The notes under the pieces were generated by a model. That model did no database searches. It was not told the DNA's origin and saw only the letters and a list, made by a program, of their open reading frames with translations. From positions 434,001-498,000 of the forward strand of contig CP142730.1 of NCBI GenBank assembly GCA_036630325.1: 64,000 nucleotides of DNA. The letters are read 5' to 3'. This DNA comes from Vairimorpha necatrix (Eukaryota). Position numbers and translations under genes: made by a program. Each line of letters begins with the position of its first letter. The stretch's first letter is position 1. This document shows, in pieces, positions 24,301 through 34,675 of this stretch.

Positions 24301-26205
24301 GACACATCTCCTTTTTTATGGAGGCAAATCATGTCAGCAGCACTCCAGCTAACAGGAGGGCTGTCTCCTGTTAGTATTCTGTTGAACTTGTTCACAAGGA
24401 ACGGAAGTAGCTTTTTATCTGCTAAACTAGGTTTAAGTAGTGCCTTGTATAGCTCGGTTGGAATCTCATCCGGTCCAGCTGCCTTGTTGTTGCCACAGTT
24501 ATTAGTGGCTCTCAATAATTCCTCCATAGTGATGTTCTCTGAAGTATCCCTTTCGATATTTTTTTGATAGACATTTTCAACGTATGAGATTGAGTTAGCT
24601 AGATTAGCGTAAAAGTCATTGGCTATCTCTAACTTCTTTTTGCTTGTTATGAGCCATGCCTGATACATCTTTCAAGCAAACATTGTCTAATCTAACAGTG
24701 ACGTTAGAAGAACTTTTCAACCATTTCCAGAAGTTTCTGGATCTGTTACTTTTATAGAGCTCAATGCCCTTGAAGGCCCAAAGTTTGCTCGATCTTTCCG
24801 AACTTTTATCTTTGTTGCCTTAACCTTATCCTTCAATACCATGTACCTATGCACAGAAGTTACGGACCTATTCGTTAGCATACGCTTAGTGAATATCTAA
24901 AACTTTTAAGACATTTACGTGTCTCCATCTGATGGGCAGTCCTTTGAATGTCCCTACTTTACTGTATATCTTGGAGGATATACAAACGTCTTTTAAACTC
25001 TAGAGAGTTCATCTAGTGTATATGTTTTTTCATTCAACTTTCTTGGAACCTTAGCTTCCATTCCTGAATGCTAAGTTTCTTCCTATTGTAGGCAAATGAC
25101 CGTTCTCTCACTGGAGAGGAAGAGATATCATTCTCTTCAGCAAGAGATGATCACTTACTGTCCATCTTTGAGAAATTGTTATTTTATCGTTGTCCTGAAT
25201 TAAGACCCTAAATATCGTATCAATACGTCTTTTAGAGACTTGTCCATCACTCAGGATTCTTGTCCCTGATAATCTGTTATAGTTTATTGCAGGGCTTAAC
25301 CCTGCGATAGCAAGCTTCTTTTTAATAAAGAATCACTAGTATTCATATCCCACATCACTACAATCTCCTTGTAGTTTCTTTTATCCTTCTCAATACTAAG
25401 AAGGTTAATTACTTTTCTTTGAGTTTCAGCCTTGCACTCTCTTTTGTAGGACGTAAATATTGACTATTAAAATCTTTGTCCATCCCGTACTAGTTTTGAA
25501 TTCAACGACAGTTTGCAGAATTGTCGTCATCCCCTTTTTTGGAACATCTTAATGCCCCGTCTTTTCTGACTAGAGTCATTAGACCCGGCCGATTCTTTCC
25601 TATGGCTGTTGTCTCCACCATCATAACTTTTCTAGTCTCGTAGAACCTAAGGATTTCTTCCAAGTTTCTTGGAGACATAGAATGTTGGCTTTTCTACTTT
25701 AAAAGGAATTCTAAATCCTCCTTCTTTCCGTAGAAATGGATGATGTTAGGACTATAGAGCTTTGCCTTCTATATCGACTTGAATCTTCTTTTATTCTCCA
25801 CTTTATCACGAATTGGAATTTCTTTTAATATTTCTAGGCCAAGTATATCCATGGCTTCAGAAATTTCTTTTTTTCTTGACCTTCTGACTACGCAGAAGAT
25901 GAAGTTGGCATCTTTTCTGCGATTATTTCTAGTATAGATAAGAGAGTCCGATAATCCCGTTGACACTCTGTCTAACTGTTGTCGGAGTTCTTCTCCTTTG
26001 ATATGGTTGGCCATTGTTTTAACTGGACACAACCCCTTTTGAATGCTTGTTCTCAGCATTCTAGCTTTTACCATGATATAGACATGAGATTTAAATCTCA
26101 GTTTACATCCATTACTTTTATTAGTAAAGTTACTAACTTTTGGTGAATTGTTGGGTAGAAAATAATTTTTGGTACAGCTAAGAAGCCGTATAACTTGTTT
26201 TTTAT

Positions 26206-26663
26206 AAATGAATTTAATCAGGGTATGTTTATTGCAGTTTATATTTATAGTTTAACAAGGGTAGGTTCCGCGTTAGCGTCTCCTGCTTAAAGGTAGCTTT
26301 GTGGCTACATAGTCCTTTCCACATCAGCTTCGTCTCCTCTCCTTCGATAGTCCAGAGAAATGCTTTCTGGCGTCTTCTTTAGCGTGATCATCTGGATGTA
26401 CACTTCTACCTATTTAGGGATTCAAAGTCTTGTGGTATATGATTTGTGGAACTTAGTCACTATACCGTCCCAAGTGATTACGTAGGGAATTATTTCTGTT
26501 TTAAAACCATATATTAAGCCCAGTTCGTCTGCACGGACATCATACTTTCTTAACTTATCGTTTTCTACTTGCTGTATATTCTCTTGTGATGTGACTCCTA
26601 TTTCAATTATTCTAATTAATTTATTCTTTTTGTCTACTACGACAATATCAGGTTTATTATATT
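26206..26663 (-). mobile_element. 5'-truncated RLE-type non-LTR retrotransposon with 11-bp TSD
   Basis: KYNKPDIVVVD...IIEIGVT...KLRKYD...IIPYVITWDG (PD-(D/E)xK nuclease). TSD TTGTTTTTTAT at 26195-26205 and 26664-26674. The empty site is at about 62916 in copy 2. Confidence 0.88.
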
Positions 26664-26685
26664 TTGTTTTTTATTAAAATATATA

Positions 26686-29600
26686 TCATCATCATATATA
26701 TAAAAGAATTTTATTTAATTTTTTACCCCTCTATTTTGTGACTTTGAAATTTCTAAACTACATATTTAATGCTTAATATGTTATTAAAATATCGTTTTTA
26801 GATTTAATGTTTCAATTTGATAATTGTAGATGCGTATACTATATGTTAATACTTTTCGTTTTCAATAAAGTTTTTTGTAAAACTCAGTTCCAAAATATCG
26901 TCAGAATCGTTTTTTAGAATTTATTTAACCCTTCTAGAAAAAATTCACAAAACATGTACCAAAAAAAAAGTTAAATAAAATGTCAAAAATTGAGCTTAAA
27001 AGTTCCCACAATTATCTCATTATAATTATTAAATGTTTTTAGCTCGACTTTACTCCTTCTATGTTACTAAAAAGTATTTTTAATAAACATGTCTTCACCC
27101 TGTCAAATTCAATCATCCCAAAATGGAAACTTAACAAAATTCACTGAGACTGGACATATTAAAAAACTAAACATTTAGATCCCGTTTTCAAAACGGGAAA
27201 GCATACGCTAGTCATCATATATATAAAAGAATTTTATTTAATTTTTTACCCCTCTTTTTTGTGATTTTGAAATTCCTAAACGATACATTTTGAGCCTTTT
27301 ACGTTAATATAATATCGTTTTTAGATTTAATGTTTTAATTTGATAATTGTAAGTGCATATATTATATATTGATGCATTTCCATTTTAATTCTTTGTTTTG
27401 TAAAACTCAGTTCCAAAATATCGTCAGAATCGTTTTTTAGAATTTATTTAACCCTTCTATGAAAAATTTTAAAAACAATTGACAAAAGAAGAAATTGAAT
27501 GTAAGTGTCAAATTTTGAACTAAAAAGCATTTAGAAGTTATAGCATTGAATTTTATATAATAATTTGAATCGAATTCTGTATTTAAGCCTGCCACTAATA
27601 TAATATTTACTGTTGTTAAGAATTATATTCTCTCCTTTTCTTATTCCAACCCAAAATGGTAAATCAAAAGAAAAATGCAATGTGCACACACATTAATCCC
27701 GTTTTCAAAACGGGAAGGCATACGCTAGTCATCATATATATAAAAGAATTTTATTTAATTTTTTACCCCTCTTTTTTGTGATTTTGAAATTCCTAAACGA
27801 TACATTTTGAGCCTTTTACGTTAATATAATATCGTTTTTAGATTTAATGTTTTAATTTGATAATTGTAAGTGCATATATTATATATTGATGCATTTCCAT
27901 TTTAATTCTTTGTTTTGTAAAACTCAGTTCCAAAATATCGTCAGAATCGTTTTTTAGAATTTATTTAACCCTTCTAGAAAAAATTCACAAAACATGTACC
28001 AAAAAAAAAGTTGAATAAAAGTGTCAAAAAATGAGCTTAGAAAATCCAAAATTATCCCATTGAGATTAATAAGTGTTTTTAGCTCAACTTTACTCCTTAT
28101 ATGTTACTAAAAAGTATTTTTCAAAATCATACCTCTCCTTTTAAATTTATTCCGAAATATAAAGAAAAAAATTAAAGGAGGTACATACTAAAAAACTAAA
28201 CATATAATTCCCGTTTTCAAAACGGGAAAGCATACGCTAGTCATATATATAAAAGAATTTTATTTAATTTTTTAACCCTCTTTTTTGTGGTTTTTTAAAA
28301 TCTAAATTTCTAATTATAGCTTATTGTGATATTGTAATATAAAATATTAATTAAATGAAGGATTTTGACTATCATAGGTGCGTGTACTGTATGTTAATAC
28401 ATTTGTATTTTATTTATTATTTTTGAGAAACTCAGTCTCAAAATATCGTCAGAATCGTTTTTAAGAATTTATTTAACCCTTCTAGAAAAATTCACAAAAA
28501 TATGTACCAAAAAAAAAGTTGAATAAAAGTGTCAAAACTTGAGCTTAGAAGTTCCCAAAATTATCTCATTATAATTATTAAATGTTTTTAGCTCAACTTT
28601 GCCCTTATATATGTTACTAAAATAATTTTTCCAAATCATGTTTTCTCCTTTTCAAATTCATTCATCCCCAAATGGAAACTTAACAAAATTAAAAGGGGAA
28701 ATACATATTAAAAAACTAAACATTTAGATCCCGTTTTCAAAACGGGAAAGCATACGCTAGTCATATATATAAAAGAATTTTATTTAATTTTTTACCCCTC
28801 TTTTTTGTAGTCTTGAAATTTCTAAACTATTTGTTTTAGTCTTATTAAGTTACTAGCGTATGCTTTCCAGTTTTAAAAACGGGATCTAAATGTTTGTTTT
28901 ATAATATGCACCTCCTTTATCTTTTTGTGAATTTTCATTTTTTGATGAATGAATTTGAAAAGGAAAAAACATGATTTTGGAAAATACTTTTTAGTAACAT
29001 ATAAGGAGTAAAGTTTAGCTAAAAACATTTAATAATTATAATAAGATAATTTTGGGAACTTCTAAGCTCATTTTTCGACACTTACATTCAATTTCTTCTT
29101 TTGTCAATTATTTTTGTGAATTTTTTCTAGAAGGGTTAAATAAATTCTAAAAAACGATTCTGACGATATTTTGGAACTGAGTTTTACAAAAATAATAATA
29201 TGAATTAAAATGCATTAATATATAATATACGCACTCACAATTATCAAATTAAAACGTTAAATCTATATATGATATTTTATTAACGTAAAAGGCTTAAAAT
29301 GTATCGTTTAGAAATTTCAAAATCACAAAAAAGAGGGGTAAAAAATTAAATAAAATTCTTTTATATATATGATAAAAATTGTGTTTTTGGATTTAATGTT
29401 TCAATTTGATAATTTTGAGTGCGTATATTATATATTAATGCATTTTTATTCTAACTATTATTTTTGTAAAACTCAGTTCCAAAATATCGTCAGAATCGTT
29501 TTTTAGAATTTATTTAACCCTTCTAGAAAAAATTCACTAAACATGTACCAAAAAAAAAAGTTGAATAAAAGTGTCAAAAATTGAGCTTAGAAATTTCCAG

Positions 29601-29804
29601 AATTATCTCATTATAATTATTAAATGTTTTGGTCTCAATGTTACTCCTTCTATGTCACTAAAAAGTTTTTTTTAATATACATGTCTTTACCCTGTCAAAT
29701 TCAATCATCACCAAAATGGAAACTTACTAAAACTTACCGAGGTAGGACATATTATAAAACAAAACGGTTTATGCCCGTTTTCAAAACGGGAAAGCATACG
29801 CTAG
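26686..29804 (+). mobile_element. Array of six ~515-bp non-autonomous Helitrons (five tandem, one inverted and nested)
   Basis: Units run from 5'-TC to CTAG-3' with the subterminal hairpin CCCGTTTTCAAAACGGG: 26686-27211, 27212-27728, 27729-28240, 28241-28760 and 28761-29804. The last is split by an inverted unit at 28853-29372. Insertion is between A and T with no TSD, and the site is empty in copy 2. Confidence 0.92.
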
Positions 29805-31513
29805 TTTTTTAATAAAATTCTTTAAATAATTGATTTTTATCACTGTTCATTGTGAAGTTTACTATTAACTTTCATGTCTTTCCCGAGCTGTTTCGCATTC
29901 AGCTCGGAAAGGAAGAACTCTTCATGGCTTACTGTAGAATTATCAGATAGCCCCCTTTTTATAACTTTTATTGCCTTATCAACGGGCACATACTTCTTCC
30001 AATTTTGACGAAGATCGGAGAATATTTTCGTCAAAGATGATTTGTTCCTAGAGATATAGTCGCCTACTTCGTTTTCGGCAAATAATACTCTTGCCTTTTT
30101 TGAAGAGCTCCCTGAAGTTTCTGCAGCTTGAAAGCAGAATTCATCTCTAATAAGAAACCCCCTGCCCTCTCCTTCAATATCTTTTACTAGAGGAATATTC
30201 TTTTACTCTATGCCTATTATTTTGGCCGCGATCACCCTAATGATGTGTTCCCCTCGGGGGAAACCATAAGCGACTACAATTTTGTATTTGTAGTCCTTGA
30301 GGCTCTTTCCTTTGATTGCTAGGTCTAGAAACTCTTCTCTGGATAGCTTATCTATCCAATTCGGCTGTTTCTTCCTCGATGTGTGAGGAGAAGTTACCTT
30401 AGGCGAAGAGGTTTTCTTCATCCTGGATTTGCGCTTAGTCATAAATTTCGACTTCGCACGAGCTTTTATAGATACATAAACAAACATCTTTCAGTATTTT
30501 ATTACAGGGTTTAAAACTTGAAACGGGTACTTTCAACTGTTTCTTATCACAGTTGAAATTCTTTTTTACACCCCCTAGGAATGGGGCAAACATATTGGTA
30601 TCGACTGTTTTTGATGTTTTTGAGACATCAGATTTCTTTGAAACCTTTGGTTTCATATCACAATTTTTGAAAATGACTGTCCGGTCATTCTCCGTCTTTT
30701 CTGTTAGAAGAATATTTTTCTTCAACAACTTTCTTTTTCCTTTTACGGCAGCGGGAAACTTCCGTAAAAACACATTAAAGGCATTGGATGATGGTATCCT
30801 TTTACCAATAACCTTTATTTGCTCTTTATCTTGAGCTTTGCGAAGCCATCAAACTTCTCCTTTTCCTTTTTTTTGATCAGTACGATCAGCTTTTATGGTG
30901 ATTGGTTCTTCACACTCTCCTCTTTTAGCAGTAAGAATCATGTCAATTCTCTGCTCTAATCTTTCATTTGAAGCCTTTAGGGCATCAATTTGTGTGTTGA
31001 GTTGGTTTCTCATTACAAAAATCTCAATCTCATGCTGTTTCTTCAAGTTTTTAAGCTTGAATCTCTGTTCACTGAGCTCTTCACAGATGGCATCTAAGTA
31101 CTCCTGATGAATACTTGTCGCTCCATGTGAACTCTTACTGTATATTTTAAGATATCTTAGGGGTAATAAAAATACAAATTTATAAATATTCAACACTTAC
31201 AATAGGAAGCAAGGCTAGCTATCAGCCTAGCTCTCCCACAGTACCTTTGGTTGGCGTTTCTGCCTTCTTCTATCTTTATTCTGTTGAATAAAGTCTCTGT
31301 TTGTGACCAGAATTTTATCAATTATTGGTCTATGAAAGCAGCCCTGCGGAGGCTGCTAACATCACAATCTTGTTTGTAACCTTCCAATACTAGTGAATTA
31401 ACACTTTCTTGTACTCCAGAGGTCGATAAGTCGGCCTCAATCTCGCAAGTTTCTTCCCCCCTTTTATGCGTTTGGTGAACCCCGTTACCTTTAAATATAT
31501 CTCATAGAACGAT

Positions 31514-31692
31514 AAAAAAAAAACTAAAAAACTTTTATTGTTATTAAAAAAAAGACACCCAGCAAATAAGAACTTCAACAGCAAAAAAAAACTTTTATTG
31601 TTATTAAAGAAAAGTCACATATCAAATAAAAACTTTAACAGCCAATAACTTGTGATACACATCAGCATACCATAAAGGCCTTGCTTGTAGGA
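31514..31692 (-). mobile_element. Severely 5'-truncated copy of the LINE 3' end with 15-bp TSD
   Basis: Matches 22258-22380 with an internal ~60-bp duplication. Flanked by ATCTCATAGAACGAT at 31499-31513 and 31693-31707. Confidence 0.88.
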
Positions 31693-32439
31693 ATCTCATA
31701 GAACGATGCCGAGTAAATAGTCAAAAGGATTTAGAAGAGGAAAATAAAAAAATTGTAAGTGACTAGCTGAGAATATAACCTTAAAAAGTTGTGTGTTTAG
31801 AAGGATATGGTGTTAATAATTTGGAGCAAATAGAGAAATAAAACATAAAAAATATATTTTGTTAGAGCCGATATCATGATAGTAAACATACTGGCTCTAA
31901 TATAAATATCTAATACATGTTGTGGATCAACTAAAAAATATATTATAAGTAGAAATATCATTGTATAAAATAAGGAAATTTTAATTGTTTTTCAAATACA
32001 ATGTTTAGATAATTGTTAATAGTTTCTATTTTTGATATAATTAATCTTTCACTACTGCTTCAATTATTAAAATAGGGGTTGTTGGTAATTTGTTGTCTCA
32101 ACGAACATTTGCTCATTTTTATTGTTTTCTGTAGTACAATAATTTGTTTTTTTACTGTTTTCCTTATAGTATTGCGATTTATTTTTTGATTTTGTATATG
32201 CGAATTCGCCCATATTCAAATGCAATGCTCTACATAAATTCTTATTATTTTTTATTTGAAATAATTTGTTCGAATGACATTAAAAAAACATCTTTCCAAA
32301 TATTTTCTTGAAATTTCTTCTTTTTCCTCAATCAATAAAACTATCAACTACTTTTAAATTTCAAAGTAATGTTAACAATTATTTTCATATGCCAATCTAG
32401 TTGTATTTGAATTGCAATATTTACGTATTTCTTATTTTC

Positions 32440-34098
32440 TTACATTTTCTCAGTTTTTTCTCTTAATTTTTCTTTTAACTCTTCATTATATTTTTTTATC
32501 TTCAACACTTCGAGATTAGATTCTTTAGCATCAGTTTTCATTTCAATCTTATTTTTTTTAATTAGTTTTCCTTTATATTCATAAATATTTATAGAATTGG
32601 ATCCAGTGAATAATGCGATTGTTTTATAGGTCATTTCCAATAATTTGTTATTACTTATAGTTACTATCTCCTTAAGAATATTAAATAAATCAATATTTTT
32701 TTCAGTTGTGCTCGTATCAACTGTAGTTGTTTTATTTTTTTCGTCAATAATTTCGCCAATTTCTTTAAGTGTTTTAAAAATCTTATCATCACTTACATCA
32801 TTTTCTTGGATATATGCTTCTGCTTCTATTATTAAACAAATAACAATTACATATAGATCAATGCCTTTTAAATCCTCTTTTACAAGTTTTGTCAATTTTC
32901 TAATTACATGCGTTATATGATGTTCGCTGTCTTTTTTATTTCCAATCATAAATTTTTCACCACTTCGAAATTTTTTTTTATTTTTTCTATATTGAAAAGA
33001 AAATATCATATGTATGGCGGATTCTGGTTTGGATATAATTCTTTTGACAAGGAATTCTATCTTGTTATGATTTTTTAATAAATTGTAAAACAACTCAATT
33101 TCGTTTGTATACTCAGTGTTAGTTAGCTTAGAACATATTTTCTCAAATTCCATATTGCATGTCTCACTTACTTTATATTTATATATATTGGGCGTGCACG
33201 GGCCCTCTGAAGGGCAGCTAGGATAGATATTAAAATATTCAAAATACAGCTCGTCTGTTTTTATATATATTGAATATTTTTCCTCTTTTTTCCTTATGTT
33301 GATATGACTACTAGTTATATTTATATATTCATCATTGTCACGCAAAGACAGATTACAATTATCGGGCGATAACTCATATATATCTTGAAGTTTATGCAGT
33401 ATTTTATCTTCACAAGTATCAGCTACATTCACTTCAAAATCAAACTTGTGATATAGTTCATTAATGCAAAATTCAAAAAAATAAAGCACGTTTTCTATAT
33501 CAATAGTCAACACAATAAATTTCTTACCTGTCTTTAAATTATCATAATAACATATTGAAGATTGTTGTTCTGTAATAGACCCGTCTTTAAGAGTTCTGAT
33601 TTCAGTGATTATTTTTTCAAATATATCTCCACTATGACAAATGTTTTCATAGATAATTTTTGAATATTCCTTATTGATTCTTCTCAAAACGTTTCTTTTT
33701 TTTACTTCTTCTACTAACTCTTTAGTAATGGGACAATTATAATAATCATATTCTTCATATATAAAACTATATGCATTTTCGTTCTTATAGTTAACTAATG
33801 TTTTTAGTTTATCCTCTAATAGCTTAATAATATTTTTAACTGATTTCTGTCCTTCGGGTATAATAGTCAATATTTTTTGAAAAATTGGTTCCTGTCGAGT
33901 CGTCCATTTCAAATAAAATTTATATTTATTTCTTTTATAAACTGCAATTATATCAATGTAATTCTTTCCTTTTCTCATATCACAAAAACGATAATTTCCC
34001 GTTTTAATTTTTTTTAAAAGATCATCTTGAATTATTTTGCATGTTTCTAAGTTTGCTTGTACAAACAATATTGCAGAAACGACTTTCAAGATATTCAT
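32440..34098 (-). CDS. Diverged family B paralogue, 552 aa, probably C-terminally truncated
   Basis: ACCCTCC-ATG start and hydrophobic N-terminus. Shares ELFY.LLK..N..EFL...I..KP, CL..EA, IFKTL..IG..I.E and IDL..I with the 741-aa protein. Coding-like decayed sequence continues to about 31950. Confidence 0.82.
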   Translation of the reverse strand: MNILKVVSAILFVQANLETCKIIQDDLLKKIKTGNYRFCDMRKGKNYIDIIAVYKRNKYKFYLKWTTRQEPIFQKILTIIPEGQKSVKNIIKLLEDKLKTLVNYKNENAYSFIYEEYDYYNCPITKELVEEVKKRNVLRRINKEYSKIIYENICHSGDIFEKIITEIRTLKDGSITEQQSSICYYDNLKTGKKFIVLTIDIENVLYFFEFCINELYHKFDFEVNVADTCEDKILHKLQDIYELSPDNCNLSLRDNDEYINITSSHINIRKKEEKYSIYIKTDELYFEYFNIYPSCPSEGPCTPNIYKYKVSETCNMEFEKICSKLTNTEYTNEIELFYNLLKNHNKIEFLVKRIISKPESAIHMIFSFQYRKNKKKFRSGEKFMIGNKKDSEHHITHVIRKLTKLVKEDLKGIDLYVIVICLIIEAEAYIQENDVSDDKIFKTLKEIGEIIDEKNKTTTVDTSTTEKNIDLFNILKEIVTISNNKLLEMTYKTIALFTGSNSINIYEYKGKLIKKNKIEMKTDAKESNLEVLKIKKYNEELKEKLREKTEKM

Positions 34099-34675
34099 GG
34101 AGGGTAGCAGAAAAATTTGTTTTTATATGAAAATAAATTAAAATATTCAAATATTTAGAAAAAATCACATCAAATTAAATATTATTTCTGTAGATTAAAA
34201 AATGAAAAACAGTGTTATTGTATTAGCTTTTGGATATTATTGAAAAAGACAAGATAATTATTAAATTTACATATAAACATAAAAAATTACCGGACCATTT
34301 TCACTTTAGCCCCCCCTACCAATATGAATTTAGAATTTTAAAAAATATCACTTTTTTCAAAAGTCGAAGCTGAAAAAATGTGGAGGAGGAAAAAACAAAA
34401 AAATATTTTGAAATAAAATAGCTTAATAACCAAAACAAACTAAATTATTTTTGTTTATTTTTCTAAATATATTTGATCGTTTTCTTCTTCCAGTTATTGA
34501 TCAATAATTATCTTGATTGTACATTGTAAAGTATAACAAAAATAATTCTTAAACAATTTTTATATTAACAATATTATATAAGGGAATTACTTTGTTATAA
34601 AGTATATTTTTTAAGAAATAAACAGTTTTATAAATATGTGAAATTTCACTTTTGGAAATAAAATTGATAATATTA

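Larger units (their letters stand above)
4655..30860 (+). repeat. Segmental duplication, copy 1
   Basis: Collinear similarity with 38234-64000 starting at CCATCCATTGTTA. Duplicated ORFs in the track include 9469/43387, 9803/43721 and 11564/45482. Confidence 0.97.
22258..31500 (-). mobile_element. Decayed non-LTR retrotransposon (ORF1 + APE-RT-CCHC), interrupted by nested insertions
   Basis: RT motifs KAAGPDEIP, NYRGIALINTISKIY, FQAGFR, FIDFKKAYDNV and LMFADD. APE motifs SLNIN, CLQETW and SDH. C-terminal CFLC..EDLEHFLLDC. ORF1 pieces at 29840-31196 with a coiled-coil-like segment. Many stops and frameshifts. Confidence 0.92.

Noticed and set aside
26686-29804. CRISPR-like array
   Set aside because: The palindromic repeat recurs at ~515-bp spacing with homologous, not unique, intervening sequence, and the ends are Helitron termini.
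31514-31692. Terminal direct repeat making the LINE an LTR-like or Penelope-like element
   Set aside because: The segment has its own 15-bp TSD, so it is an independent truncated insertion.
34289-34325. Possible DNA-transposon terminal inverted repeat (CCGGACCATTTTCACTTTAGCCCCCCC)
   Set aside because: No partner end or TSD was found in the window.
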